Positions 46,544 to 56,810 of a stretch of 64,000 nt of DNA are shown here, one piece after another; positions within the stretch are counted from its first letter, which is position 1; each line of letters starts with the position of its first letter. The DNA is from Candidatus Palauibacter sp. GTDB lineage: Bacteria; Gemmatimonadota; Gemmatimonadetes; Palauibacterales; Palauibacteraceae. Both the position numbers and the translations under genes were made by a program. The stretch lies in assembly GCF_965213655.1 (NCBI RefSeq), contig NZ_CBDBZT010000003.1:3022307-3086306 (forward strand), written 5' to 3'. A model generated the notes under the pieces. It was not told the origin of the DNA. It worked only from the letters and a program-made list of their open reading frames with translations, and did not search any database.

Positions 46544-47500
46544 TCAGATCAGGATCTCACCCTCGAAGAGGACGGGTCCTTCGTCGATCCAGACGGTGGG
46601 TGCCCAGTTGATGGCGTCGAAGTGGGTCTTTGCGGAAACCGTGCCGCCGAGGTTGGCGGAGGTGCCGATGCCGATGTGGACGGTGCCGTTCACGCCTTCG
46701 TCGTTGAGCATCTCGCCGGTGAACTCGGTGCAGGCGGGGTTCAGGCCGAAGGCGAACTGGGCGAGGTTGTAGACCCAGGGGTCGTCCTGCCGGGCCAGTA
46801 GCTCGGCCAGGAAGGCGGCTTGGTCGCCGCCCTCGATGTCGGTGACGAAGCCCTTCGAGATGCGGAAGATCACGGGTTCGCGGATCGGTCCCACGCCGTA
46901 GTAGGGGATGCTCCCGTCGCAGACGAACACGCCTTCGGCGGTGCCCTGCGCGGGGGCGCAGTTGGCTTCGATGTTGGGGACTGCCGAAAAGCCGGGGCCG
47001 TCCAGCAGGCAGGCGTGGCTGTTCCCGGTCACGCCCTGGAGGCTCATGGTGAGATCAGTGCCGGCGGGATTCGTGACCCGCAGGCGCCCGCCAGCGGTGA
47101 GCCTTGCCGCAATGGCGTCACATAGCGGCTTTCGCGCGCGGAAGTCCGTGAACAGCCCGCCTTCGCGCATCATCCGCTCGGTGAATGCGGTCATCGAGAG
47201 AACTCGGGCTCCGGCGCCTATGGCCTCGCGGACCGCGCGGGTGTGTGCCAGCGCCAGGGTCACGGGCAGAAAGGCGACGTCGGCGGCCGAGAGCGCCGCG
47301 GCCACCGCGGCTCCGGGCTCTTCGTTATCGATCGAACGCTTGGGCGGCAGCACGATGCTCGGGACGGCCCCGGCTTCGAGTACGGCTTCCGCAACGGCCC
47401 GTGCGATGGCTAGCCGCTCCGGATCGGTGACGACAACCACGTGCTCGGCGGGCTGCACGTCGGCGCACGTCCGCACGAGGATCCCCGCACCCTCTCTCAT
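46544..47500 (-). CDS. M29 aminopeptidase-like / NicX-like family protein (paralog 1)
   Basis: 318 aa. His/Asp/Glu-rich conserved patches (..HIGIGTS..THFD..). Clear paralog of the next gene. Confidence 0.45.
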   Translation of the reverse strand: MREGAGILVRTCADVQPAEHVVVVTDPERLAIARAVAEAVLEAGAVPSIVLPPKRSIDNEEPGAAVAAALSAADVAFLPVTLALAHTRAVREAIGAGARVLSMTAFTERMMREGGLFTDFRARKPLCDAIAARLTAGGRLRVTNPAGTDLTMSLQGVTGNSHACLLDGPGFSAVPNIEANCAPAQGTAEGVFVCDGSIPYYGVGPIREPVIFRISKGFVTDIEGGDQAAFLAELLARQDDPWVYNLAQFAFGLNPACTEFTGEMLNDEGVNGTVHIGIGTSANLGGTVSAKTHFDAINWAPTVWIDEGPVLFEGEILI

Positions 47501-47518
47501 GGGCGTCTCATCCGAGTC

Positions 47519-48526
47519 TCATACCAGAATCTGCTTGTCCTGTTGGACGATCCGGCCATCGACGGCGATGGTCGGCTCCCACATCAGCAAATCGTAGTGC
47601 GTCGGAGCCACGATCTCGCCGCCGAGAGTGTAGCTGGTTCCGATGCCGATGTGGATCGTGCCCATGACGCCCTCGTCCTCGAGCATCTCTCCGGTGAGGC
47701 GGGCGTTCGGGTTCAGGCCGACCCCCAGTTCCGCCACGTTGAAGCAGTGAGGGTCTACGAAAGACTCCAGGTGCTTGCGGAGGAAGTCGGCCTGCGCGCC
47801 GCCGGTCATGTCGACGATCGCTCCGTCGCGGATCGCGCAGACGATGGGCTCCTCGAGTATCCCGATGCCCAGATAGGGGACCGAGGCGTCCATGATGAGC
47901 GTGCCCTCGGCCGAACCCGTCACGGGCACAACGTTGACCTCGATGTCGGGCACCGGGGCCAGTTCTCCGGGGTCAGGGATGTTCGTCAGGACGTTCGCCA
48001 CGCGCCCGGCGATCCCGAAGCGGAGATCTGTGCCGCGCGGAGAAGTGAGGCGCACGGACTGACCCTTCGTGAACGCCGCGCCCAGGCGGCGGCAGACATC
48101 GGCCTGCGCCTCGAAGTCCGTCTCGAGCAGAGCGGGGCTGGCCATGATCGCGTCGGTATAGGCCGTCATCATGCACACGCGCGCCCCCGCTTCCAGGGCG
48201 GTTCGCATCGCCCGGGTGTGCGTGATCGAGACCCGCACGGGGGAGTAGATCACGGCCGCCTCGGCCATCGCACGCGCGACGGGCGGGGGTGGTTCCTGCC
48301 CGTCCTGGTCCCGCATCGGGATGATGCAGACGGTCACGGCGGCGCCGGCTTCGCGGGCCGCTGCGGCGACGGCATCGGCGTAGCGCCGCATCGTCGGGTC
48401 GGTCACGACAACGACGACCTCCCCCGGCTGGACGCGCCCGTTCACGTGCACGAGCCGCCGCGCACCGGGGGACAGGTCCACGCCCGCCTCAGCCACCGTT
48501 CTGTCAGCCATGGACCCGTCGACCAC
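47519..48526 (-). CDS. M29 aminopeptidase-like / NicX-like family protein (paralog 2)
   Basis: 335 aa. Collinear similarity with 46544..47500 (..HIGIGTSYTLGG..THYD..). Confidence 0.45.
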   Translation of the reverse strand: MVDGSMADRTVAEAGVDLSPGARRLVHVNGRVQPGEVVVVVTDPTMRRYADAVAAAAREAGAAVTVCIIPMRDQDGQEPPPPVARAMAEAAVIYSPVRVSITHTRAMRTALEAGARVCMMTAYTDAIMASPALLETDFEAQADVCRRLGAAFTKGQSVRLTSPRGTDLRFGIAGRVANVLTNIPDPGELAPVPDIEVNVVPVTGSAEGTLIMDASVPYLGIGILEEPIVCAIRDGAIVDMTGGAQADFLRKHLESFVDPHCFNVAELGVGLNPNARLTGEMLEDEGVMGTIHIGIGTSYTLGGEIVAPTHYDLLMWEPTIAVDGRIVQQDKQILV

Positions 48527-49847
48527 CGTCCCTCGCGAAGAACTCGTCGAAGCGGCCGTCGAAGATAATCGCAGTGTAGCCGTCTCCGGTCGTGTTCGTC
48601 GCGGTGCGCAGCATGTCGGGGATGCCGCCGGAGAGCGCGACCCAGCTCGCGATGAACTCGCCCTGGGCCTGTCCCTCGAGCCCCAGCATGCTCGCGAACA
48701 GCGTCGCGCTCCACAGTGCGGTCCCCATCCCGGCCGGCAGTCCCGGGGCGGCGATCGTGAACAGGACGACGGCCGGCCACGCGGCGAGCATCATCATCCA
48801 GCTCAACTCGAAGCCGAAGATGTAACTCACGACGAATGGTCCGTATGCGACGTAGGCCAGCGCGCTGGCGTCGAGGTTCGCCACGGCGCCGAAGGGGAGG
48901 ACGAAATCGGCCACCTCGTCGCGCACGCCGACCTTCTTCGCGTTCGCGAGGTTCACGGGGAGCGTCGCCAGCGACGAGCAGGTGCCCGCGGCGAAGAGGG
49001 CGGTCGGCATGTAGTACCCGCTCAGGACAGGCCCCACGGGCCGGCGTCCGACCCTCCGCACGAGGACGAACGTGTAGAACGCCCACCAGACGAGAACGAG
49101 CGCACCTGTGTAGGCGGCCATCGTGAGATAGTGCGAGAGGCCCAGGCTCGCCCCGAAGCGCACGCCCAGGGTGATGCCGAAGGCGAAGATGAGCGGGAGC
49201 ATGACGTAGGCCAGCCTGCCGCCCGCTCGCTCGATGGCGTCGGCGACCCGCCGAAGCACCCGGTAGGTGGGATCGTGCCGGGCGCCAAAGGCTCCGAGCA
49301 GAACGCCGGCGAGGATGGCGAGCAGCGGCCACGAGGCACCGCCCTCCCCGAGGCTCCGCAGCATGGCCGCGGCCTCGGTCCACACGCCCCGGTCCCCGGT
49401 GGTTAGCGGGATGCGAAAGATCGTGGCGGAGGTCACGACGGCGATGAGCCCGGCGACGGTCGACGTGAAGACGTACCAGAGCACGACCGCTCCCGCGAAA
49501 CGACCGGCGAGCCCCCGCCGCACGAGCGTGGCGATGGCCGGGCTGAGGGCGGCGAGGATCAGCAGCGGCACAACCGCGACGACCCAGCCGATGAGCGTCG
49601 ACGTGGCGTCCGCCACCGGCGCCAACGACCCCGGGGAGAGCCCGCCCGCGGCCAGTCCCACCACCAGCGCCAGCAGGGTCCACACATACGTCGGGACGCT
49701 GCGAATGACCCCCGGCGTCACTCCCCGGTGTGTCGGCGAACCCGAGGGCGCAACGTCTCGAAGTAGGGCGACATGTTGATGGTATTCATGGCCGAAGCGT
49801 AGTGTCTTCAGGAAAAAGCTGGCAACGCCAAGGTCAACGTGCACCAC
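48504..49847 (-). CDS. dicarboxylate/amino acid:cation symporter (DAACS family); true start probably downstream of the first ATG
   Basis: Multi-TM, conserved C-terminal ..TNTTGDGYTAIIF.. motif. Confidence 0.7.
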   Translation of the reverse strand: MVHVDLGVASFFLKTLRFGHEYHQHVALLRDVAPSGSPTHRGVTPGVIRSVPTYVWTLLALVVGLAAGGLSPGSLAPVADATSTLIGWVVAVVPLLILAALSPAIATLVRRGLAGRFAGAVVLWYVFTSTVAGLIAVVTSATIFRIPLTTGDRGVWTEAAAMLRSLGEGGASWPLLAILAGVLLGAFGARHDPTYRVLRRVADAIERAGGRLAYVMLPLIFAFGITLGVRFGASLGLSHYLTMAAYTGALVLVWWAFYTFVLVRRVGRRPVGPVLSGYYMPTALFAAGTCSSLATLPVNLANAKKVGVRDEVADFVLPFGAVANLDASALAYVAYGPFVVSYIFGFELSWMMMLAAWPAVVLFTIAAPGLPAGMGTALWSATLFASMLGLEGQAQGEFIASWVALSGGIPDMLRTATNTTGDGYTAIIFDGRFDEFFARDGGRRVHG

Positions 49848-49868
49848 CCCGCTGAGCCCGGAGGGCCC

Positions 49869-51134
49869 ATGGATCGCCCGTCATCCCCTCTCCCGCGCCG
49901 CCGTTTCCTCCACCTGACCGGCGCCGCCCTGGGACTCGCCGCAACCTCCGGCTGCGCAACAGCCGCGAGGACACGCAGTACAATCACCGGTGGGCTAGCT
50001 GCCGGTGCAGCCACCGACCGCAACTACACTCCCCAGCGCTTCGACCCGTGGATCGAACTCGACCGCGCCGCCTGGACCCACAACGTCCGCGAGGCCGCGC
50101 GGCTGGCGAGCGGCCGCCCCATCCTCGCGGTCGTGAAGAACAACGCGTACGGCCTGGGCGACCGGGCGGTCGGGCCGCTCCTCGCCGGGATGCCCCAGGT
50201 GGGCGGCATCGCCTCCGTGCGGGTCGAGGAAGCGCTTGCCATGCGGGAGGAAGGGGTGACCAAGCCCATCGTGGTCATGGCCGAGGGATCCGAGGACGAG
50301 ATCGAGGAGATGGCGCGGCACGACGTGCTCCCGTCCGTCTGGCTGGACGATGCGCCCGCGCGGCTGCGGAGCGTGGCCGGGCGCCTGGGCCGTCCCGTAC
50401 CCGTCCAGCTCTTCATCGACACGGGGATGAACCGGGAGGGCATGCCGTACACGCGCGCGCGCCGCTGGATCGAGGAGCTCGTGCAGAGCGAATACGTCGA
50501 CGTGAACGGCACCTACACCATGTTCACCCACGACCTGGACTTCGACCGCGAGCAACTCGCCCGCTTCGAGGAACTCCTCGCCTGGGCCCGTGGGAGGAAC
50601 CTCCCGCTCGGCACCCTCCACGCTTCACCCTCGTTCGAGTTGTTCCACCTGCCCGAGGCGCACTACGACATGGTGCGGCCCGGGAACGCCCTGTTCGGAA
50701 ACCACCCCGGCGGCGAGGGCGCTGCGGAAATGGCCGACCTCAAGCCCGTATTCCGCCTGAACACGCGCGTGGTGCGGGTCGAACGCCTCGAGCCGGGCGA
50801 CAGCGCGGGCTTCAACCGCACCTTCATGCCCGACCGGGCCACCTGGGTGGCGCTGCTGCCGATCGGCCGCACCGACGGCTATCCGTCTCGGGCGAACGGC
50901 ACCTGCGAGGTGCTGATTAACGGCCGTCCGTACCCGGTTGCCGGAGGGGTCAACTCCGCCCACACCATTCTCGACATCGGCTCGGAGAAGACGGTCGAAG
51001 TCGGCGATGTCGCCACTCTCATCGGCCCCGATCATCCGTCCGTGCTTCCCCACACCGTCGCCGAGCGGACGGGGCTCGGGTTTCTCGGCATCATCCAGTC
51101 CATGAATCCGCGCCTCCCCAGACGGGTTGTGTAG
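49869..51134 (+). CDS. alanine-racemase-fold PLP enzyme (DSD1/YhfX-like) with a Tat signal peptide
   Basis: MDRPSSPLPRRRFLHLTGAALGLAATSGCA, then ..VVKNNAYGLGD.. typical of the alanine racemase N-terminal domain. Confidence 0.6.
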   Translation: MDRPSSPLPRRRFLHLTGAALGLAATSGCATAARTRSTITGGLAAGAATDRNYTPQRFDPWIELDRAAWTHNVREAARLASGRPILAVVKNNAYGLGDRAVGPLLAGMPQVGGIASVRVEEALAMREEGVTKPIVVMAEGSEDEIEEMARHDVLPSVWLDDAPARLRSVAGRLGRPVPVQLFIDTGMNREGMPYTRARRWIEELVQSEYVDVNGTYTMFTHDLDFDREQLARFEELLAWARGRNLPLGTLHASPSFELFHLPEAHYDMVRPGNALFGNHPGGEGAAEMADLKPVFRLNTRVVRVERLEPGDSAGFNRTFMPDRATWVALLPIGRTDGYPSRANGTCEVLINGRPYPVAGGVNSAHTILDIGSEKTVEVGDVATLIGPDHPSVLPHTVAERTGLGFLGIIQSMNPRLPRRVV

Positions 51135-51409
51135 AGCAATCGCGTGGTGCATCCGCGACTGGATCCGTCCTCGACCGGTAACTTGTACAGGGCTCTGTTC
51201 ACCGATCCGTTCACCGCACAGCGAAGACAGTTCCCATGAAGGTCGACACGCATAAGGCGAAGTCACTCTTATCCCGCTTGATCAAGCTGGCCCGGAAGGG
51301 GGAGGCACAGCGGCAGTCGGGAGGCCTCGAGGGGCGGATCGAGATCGGTCCTGATTTTGACGACGAGGACGAAGAGATCACTGCGGCGTTCGAAGACCCC
51401 GAACGCCGC

Positions 51410-52728
51410 TCAGGCGCACCGGTCTGAGATGGCCGCGATCGCGGAATCGATCTCGGCGCGGGTGTTGAAGAAGTGGACGAGAGGCGGAAATCGCGCTCCT
51501 GCCGGACCGGCGACGCGAGGATCCCCTCGTCCTCGCGCAGATCGTTGTAGAGCTGCGTGGCGTCGCACCCATCCGGGAGCTGAACCACGAACACGCCTGA
51601 GCGGTCCGGGCGCGACCGGGGGGACGACACCCCCAGCCCGTCCGTGGCGTCCACCGTCTCGATCGCGTGGTCGATCAGCGACTGGATCCGCTCCTCGATC
51701 CTCTCCAGGCCGATGTTCTCCATCCACTCCAAGGCGCGGGCGAAGCCGGCGAAATCCGCCAGCCCGCGGGTGCCGAACTCGTACCGCGCGGCGCTGGGGA
51801 GCAGCGTGTACTCGCCCTCGTAGTCCATCGTCGCGTGGCTGTGGGAGCCGGCCCAGCTCAGCTGCACGTCGTCCAGCAGTTCCCGGCGGACGAAGAGCGC
51901 GCCGGTGCCCTTGGGGCCGAGCAGCCACTTGTGACCGCAGGTGGAGTAGCAGTCGCAGCCGAGGGCGCGGAAGTCGGTGGCGACACAGCCGGGGCCCTGC
52001 GCGCCGTCGAGGTGGTAGCGCACGCCGCGGGAGCGCAGGAGGTCTCCGAGTTCGGCGGACTCGTCGGCCCGCAGCGTCCGCCCGTTGTTCCGCGACACGT
52101 GGCTGATGCTCACCATCCGCGTCCGATCGGAGAGCTGGCCGCGGACCTCGTCGATGAGGCTCGTGCCCGTGTTCAGGTCGATCTCGCGGATCACGATCCC
52201 GAACCGGTCCCTGAGGACGTACCACGGGATGACGTTGGCGGGGTGTTCCTGGTTGGAAATCACAACCTCGTCGCCCGGCTCCCAGTCAAGGCCCCAGGCA
52301 GCGATGGCGATCCCCTCGGAGGTGCTGTGTGTGAGCGCGACCTCCTCGGCCTCCGCGCCGAACACGCGCCCAAGCTGGGCCCTCAGGTCAGGCTCGATCC
52401 GGGCCATCTCGGTCGAGATGCGGGGCTCGGCCGGGCTCCTGTTCTGGAAGGCCAGCCGTTCCTGAACGTGTTCGATCACAGCCTCGGGAGCGGGACCGAT
52501 CCCGCCGGTCTGGAAGTACAGGCTCTCCGTCGAGGCGGGGATCTCGGCCCGCGCCCGCGCCACCCACGCTTCCTGCGGATTCCCCGGACCGGCTGGCGAG
52601 CGGCTGGCAGCGTCGTCGGGCGCGCCGTCCGACCCGCCCTGGAGGGCAAGCCGTCGCACGGGCATGATCGGAGCCAGGGCCAGCGCGCCTGCCGACCGGC
52701 GGAGGAAGTGACGTCGACTCGTGTTCAT
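51410..52728 (-). CDS. class V aminotransferase / cysteine-desulfurase-like PLP enzyme with a Tat signal, carrying an apparent 1-nt frame disruption near 51515-51525
   Basis: MNTSRRHFLRRSAGALALAP Tat motif. Body through ..REDEGIL is in the frame of track ORF 51211..52902. The conserved C-terminus ..RVAGPAGARFPPLVHFFNTRAEIDSAIAAI is in the frame of track ORF 51410..52225. The continuation of the first frame is Ser/Pro-rich filler. Confidence 0.6.
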
Positions 52729-54224
52729 GGTGCGTCCCCCGGCTCTCCTTCGCTGAGGATCAGCCACCGCAACCTCTCCTCGCTCACGGTTCTGCGCAGC
52801 GGAGCGGCCGCCCGGTAGAAGACGAAGCCCAGCGCGGACCAGGCGGCGAGCACGATCCACTCGGCGGGGATGCGCCCCCCTGCGGCGCGGAAGGGCTCCC
52901 ACGCGGCGACGGCCGCCAGCCCCAGCGCGAGAAGGGCGCTGAGGTACAGGAACGCCCGACCTCCGGGCACGGTGTAGGGGCGCGGCTGATCGGGCCGCGT
53001 CTTTCGCAGCCGGAGGACGCCGAGCACGACGACGAGAAAGACCACTCCGGCCGAGATCGAGGCGCCGCCGACGATCACCAGGATCGCGTTTCGCCCGAAC
53101 AGCGCGCCCACGGCCCCCATGACCGCGACGAATATCACGGCGGTCGACGGCGAGCCGTGTCGCTCATGCACCGCGGCGAGCCGGTGCGGGATCATGTGGG
53201 CCCGCGCCATGGCGAACACGATGCGCGTGGCCGCGAAAAAGAGCGCGTTCCATGTCGTGATCAATCCGCACAGCCCCGCGAACAGAACGACGCGCCCGAG
53301 AAGCGGTGACGTAAAGGCCGCCTCGATCGCCGCGGCGGCCGGGAGTTCCGCCGCGAGCAGTTGCGGGCGCGGAAGGCTCATCGCGGTCGCCAGGATCACG
53401 AGACAGTAGAAGAGGAGTGCGAACACGATCGAGGCGCCGATCACGCGCGGGAGGAGCCGCAGTCGGGCGCCCGACTCCACTTCTTCCATCGCCTGTGGGA
53501 TCGTGTCGAACCCCGCGTACCAGAACCCGGCGGTCGCGAGCACCACGGCCACGCCGGCCAGCGCGGCGCCCGGTGTCGTCCCCGTGAACATGGGTTCGAG
53601 GTTGGCGGCGCTGCCTCCCGCCACCCCGGCGATGACGAAGATCAGGGTGAGGACGATGAGCCCGCCCGTCATCAGATCCTGGAACCAGGCGGCCGTCTTC
53701 CCGCCCCGGTAGTTGATGATCGCGATGACGGCCATGACCGCGAGCCCGAGCGCGAGGCTCCACAGCCGCACCTCCTGCCCCAGCAGCGTGTAGATGACCG
53801 GACCGCCGAAGCCCGGGACGAGCGCGGAGACGACCCATTCGACGGAGATCGCCTCGAAGGAGGTGGTGAAGATGTAGATGAAGCCGAGGAACCAGGCGCA
53901 GGCGAAGCTCCAGCGCGCGCCCCACGCCTCGAACACGTAGGCGACCTCGCCCCCCGTGACCGGGTACGCGGCGGCCATCTCGGCGTAGCAGAGGCCGATG
54001 GCGAGCATGCCGAGGCCGCCGACCACAAAGGCGATGATGGCCCCCAGCACCCCGGCGCCGCTCAGCCACGCACCCATGACAGTGATCCAGCCCACCCCGA
54101 TGATCGTCCCGAAGGCGAGCGAGAAGAGGGAACGAAGCCGGATCCCCCTCCCGAGGACCTCCCGCTCCCGCCCGGAGTCCGACGCGCCGGGCTCAGCCAT
54201 GGGTTCGGTCACTTGCTCGGTCAC
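52725..54224 (-). CDS. APC-family amino acid permease
   Basis: 12 or more TM segments. 499 aa. Confidence 0.7.
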   Translation of the reverse strand: MTEQVTEPMAEPGASDSGREREVLGRGIRLRSLFSLAFGTIIGVGWITVMGAWLSGAGVLGAIIAFVVGGLGMLAIGLCYAEMAAAYPVTGGEVAYVFEAWGARWSFACAWFLGFIYIFTTSFEAISVEWVVSALVPGFGGPVIYTLLGQEVRLWSLALGLAVMAVIAIINYRGGKTAAWFQDLMTGGLIVLTLIFVIAGVAGGSAANLEPMFTGTTPGAALAGVAVVLATAGFWYAGFDTIPQAMEEVESGARLRLLPRVIGASIVFALLFYCLVILATAMSLPRPQLLAAELPAAAAIEAAFTSPLLGRVVLFAGLCGLITTWNALFFAATRIVFAMARAHMIPHRLAAVHERHGSPSTAVIFVAVMGAVGALFGRNAILVIVGGASISAGVVFLVVVLGVLRLRKTRPDQPRPYTVPGGRAFLYLSALLALGLAAVAAWEPFRAAGGRIPAEWIVLAAWSALGFVFYRAAAPLRRTVSEERLRWLILSEGEPGDAP

Positions 54225-54240
54225 GCGCTCGCTCCTGACC

Positions 54241-55230
54241 TCAGCTGTACTGCGACGGGGTGGCCGAGAGGCCGAGCATCTCGCGCGCCTGCGCGGGCGT
54301 GGCGACCTCCCGGTTCAACTCGTGCGCGATCCGCACGGCCCGCTCCACGAGTTGCCGGTTGCTGCGCACTTTCTCCCCGCGCCGGTAGTAGATGTTGTCC
54401 TCGAGCCCCACCCGGACGTGTCCGCCCATGAGGGTGGCGAGCGCGGTCATCGGCAGCTGGTGCGGGCCGATGCCGGAGCAGAGCCACACCGATCCCTCGG
54501 GGAACTCCCGCACCATGTTCACGACGTTGTCCACCGTGGGCCAACTCGACGTCTGGTAGCCCATCACCGTCTGCACCCAGTACGGCGGCTCGATGAGATC
54601 CTGCGCGATGAGATCCCGGATCACCCACCCGCAGCCGGGATGATAGGTCTCGAGCTCCGGCTTGATCCCGCGCGCCTTCATCTCCGCCGCGAAGTGCGCG
54701 ATCTGCCTGTACGAAAACGGCACGCAGTCGTCGTACTCGATCACCGGCCGGGGGTGCGTGAATTCCTCACCGCGCGGCTTGAGTCTGAACTTCCCCATGT
54801 CCGGGGCGAGGTTCAGCGACGCGACTTCCGGATTGGCGTCGAGGCAGGACAGGCGCTGTTCATCGTCCATCCACAGGTCGCCGCCCGTGGTGTTGTTGAT
54901 GATGATCCCGGGGCAGCGCTCGCGCAGGCGGCGGTTCGCGTCCAGCCACACCTCGGGCGTCGTCGCGCCCTTCCACAACGTCTCGGGGTTCCGGGCGTGG
55001 ATATGCACCATCGAGGCGCCCGCGTCGTACGCCTCACCCACGGATTCGGCCAGTTCCTCCGCGGTCTCGGGCAGGGCATCGTTGTATTCCTTGCCCTGGA
55101 TGCCGCCGTTGGAGGCGAGGCAGATGATCACGGGGGGCATCCCGCCGGTGACCCGCTCCATGTAGGCGTAGGGATCGCCGTAGTTCCACGTTTCGCTCGC
55201 TGTCTCAGTCACTCGATTCCTCGGCATCTT
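54241..55230 (-). CDS. kce: 3-keto-5-aminohexanoate cleavage enzyme (BKACE/DUF849 family)
   Basis: Internal start MPRNRVTETASETWNYGDPYAYMERVTGGMPPVIICLASNGG. TIM-barrel BKACE signature. Confidence 0.7.
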   Translation of the reverse strand, partial: KMPRNRVTETASETWNYGDPYAYMERVTGGMPPVIICLASNGGIQGKEYNDALPETAEELAESVGEAYDAGASMVHIHARNPETLWKGATTPEVWLDANRRLRERCPGIIINNTTGGDLWMDDEQRLSCLDANPEVASLNLAPDMGKFRLKPRGEEFTHPRPVIEYDDCVPFSYRQIAHFAAEMKARGIKPELETYHPGCGWVIRDLIAQDLIEPPYWVQTVMGYQTSSWPTVDNVVNMVREFPEGSVWLCSGIGPHQLPMTALATLMGGHVRVGLEDNIYYRRGEKVRSNRQLVERAVRIAHELNREVATPAQAREMLGLSATPSQYS

Positions 55231-55377
55231 CCCCCGTATCCGCTGGGTCGGGGGTTTGGGGTGAAGCGCTGGCTGTCGCCTCGCCGGAGGCTCATGATCG
55301 TCCCGGGAGCCTTGATCGCGGAACGCGGATTCACAAGAGGGATTCGCGAGAGCCATTCACAAGAGTCGGGGGATGTC

Positions 55378-56280
55378 ATGTCCGAAGCGGTGGGGGTGGT
55401 ACGGACCGTTGCCATCGTCGGCGCAGGCACCATGGGGCGCCGGATAGCCTACGGGTGCGCGGCGCGCGGCGTCCGTGCAAGACTCCATGATGTCTCCGGC
55501 GCGGCCCTCGCCGAGGCGCTGCCGGCTGTGCATCTCCTGCTCGAGGCCGATGCGGAACGCTCCGGCGCCACGCTCGCGGAGGCGCGCTCGCTGGTGGAGA
55601 CCTGCGACGACCTGGAGGCGTGCGTGCGCGACGCCGACTGGGTCATCGAGACGGTGCCCGAGGATCTCGAACTCAAGCGCGTCGTCCTGGCCCGCATCGG
55701 CGCGGCGGCTCCGTCCACCGCCCTCATCGCCTCGAACACGTCATCCCTGCCGGGCTCGTGGCTCGCGGAATCCACGGGACGCCCGGCCCGGTTCACGAAC
55801 ATGAACTTCGGCACCCCGGAGCACCTCAAGGTCGAGGTGATGGGGCACCCTGGAACCGCTCCCGAGACGACCGAAGCCGCCAAACGGTTCCTCCGCCAAC
55901 TGGGCCTCGTGCCGATCGTGGCCCGCCGTGAGATCCAGGGCTACCCGACGAACCGCATCTGGCGTGCGATCAAGAAAGAAGCGCTGCACCTGATCGCCGG
56001 GGGCTACCTGAGCGCGGAGGAGATCGACCGCGCGTGGATGCTCGACTGGGGGACCCCCATCGGCCCGTGCGGCCTGATGGACGCCGTCGGGCTCGACGTC
56101 ATCCGCGACATCGAGAACGTCTACCACGAGGCGTCGGGCGACCCGTCGGACCGGCCTCCCGAATTCCTCGAGCGGATGATCGAGCGGGGAGAACTCGGTG
56201 TGAAGTCGGGGAAGGGCTTCTACACCTATCCGTCTCCCGCCTTCGAGCGGGAAGACTGGCTCACCAGCCCGGACGCCTGA
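55378..56280 (+). CDS. 3-hydroxyacyl-CoA dehydrogenase (NAD-binding)
   Basis: VAIVGAGTMGRRIAYG Rossmann motif. The 760-aa track ORF is a GC-driven extension. Confidence 0.75.
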   Translation: MSEAVGVVRTVAIVGAGTMGRRIAYGCAARGVRARLHDVSGAALAEALPAVHLLLEADAERSGATLAEARSLVETCDDLEACVRDADWVIETVPEDLELKRVVLARIGAAAPSTALIASNTSSLPGSWLAESTGRPARFTNMNFGTPEHLKVEVMGHPGTAPETTEAAKRFLRQLGLVPIVARREIQGYPTNRIWRAIKKEALHLIAGGYLSAEEIDRAWMLDWGTPIGPCGLMDAVGLDVIRDIENVYHEASGDPSDRPPEFLERMIERGELGVKSGKGFYTYPSPAFEREDWLTSPDA

Positions 56281-56387
56281 CGCCGGCGGGGAGGGCCCCG
56301 GACAACCGAATCGGCTTCCGGAGTTTCTCCTCTTACGAAGACCTTCGTTGACAGAGCACGAGGCACCACGTATCGTTTCGTACGAAG

Positions 56388-56810
56388 ATGTTCGTACAAG
56401 ATCGGTCGAGGGTGCCGAAGAGGGAGGTGGAAGCCGTGAAGGATCCGACGTTCAGCGACCGCGAGTTGGACATCATGAGCGTCCTGTGGCGCAGGGGGTC
56501 CGGTTCCGTGAGCGAGGTTCAGGATGCGCTCGAGGATGGGGTCGGCTACACGACGGTGCTCAAGATCCTCCAGATCCTGGAGAAGAAGGGCGCCGTCGGG
56601 CACGAGGCCGAGGGCCGCGCCTATCGCTACTTCCCGCTCGTCGCCTCCGAGGCGGCCGGAGAGACGGCCCTGTCCCGGATCCGGGACAAGATCTTCGGCG
56701 GGTCGGCGGAACTCGTTCTGGCCCAGCTCATCTCGGGTCGGGAGGTGTCGCCGGAGGAACTGGAGCGCATGCGGCGCATCCTCGATGAACTGGAGGAGAG
56801 CGAGCCATGA
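56388..56810 (+). CDS. BlaI/MecI/CopY-family transcriptional repressor
   Basis: ..SDRELDIMSVLWRRGSGSVSEVQDALEDGVGYTTVLKILQILEKKGAV.. Confidence 0.75.
   Translation: MFVQDRSRVPKREVEAVKDPTFSDRELDIMSVLWRRGSGSVSEVQDALEDGVGYTTVLKILQILEKKGAVGHEAEGRAYRYFPLVASEAAGETALSRIRDKIFGGSAELVLAQLISGREVSPEELERMRRILDELEESEP

Noticed and set aside
53998-56280. 760-aa plus-strand ORF
   Set aside because: Only the last 301 aa (from ATG 55378) are a 3-hydroxyacyl-CoA dehydrogenase. The upstream part is antisense to the APC permease and kce genes.
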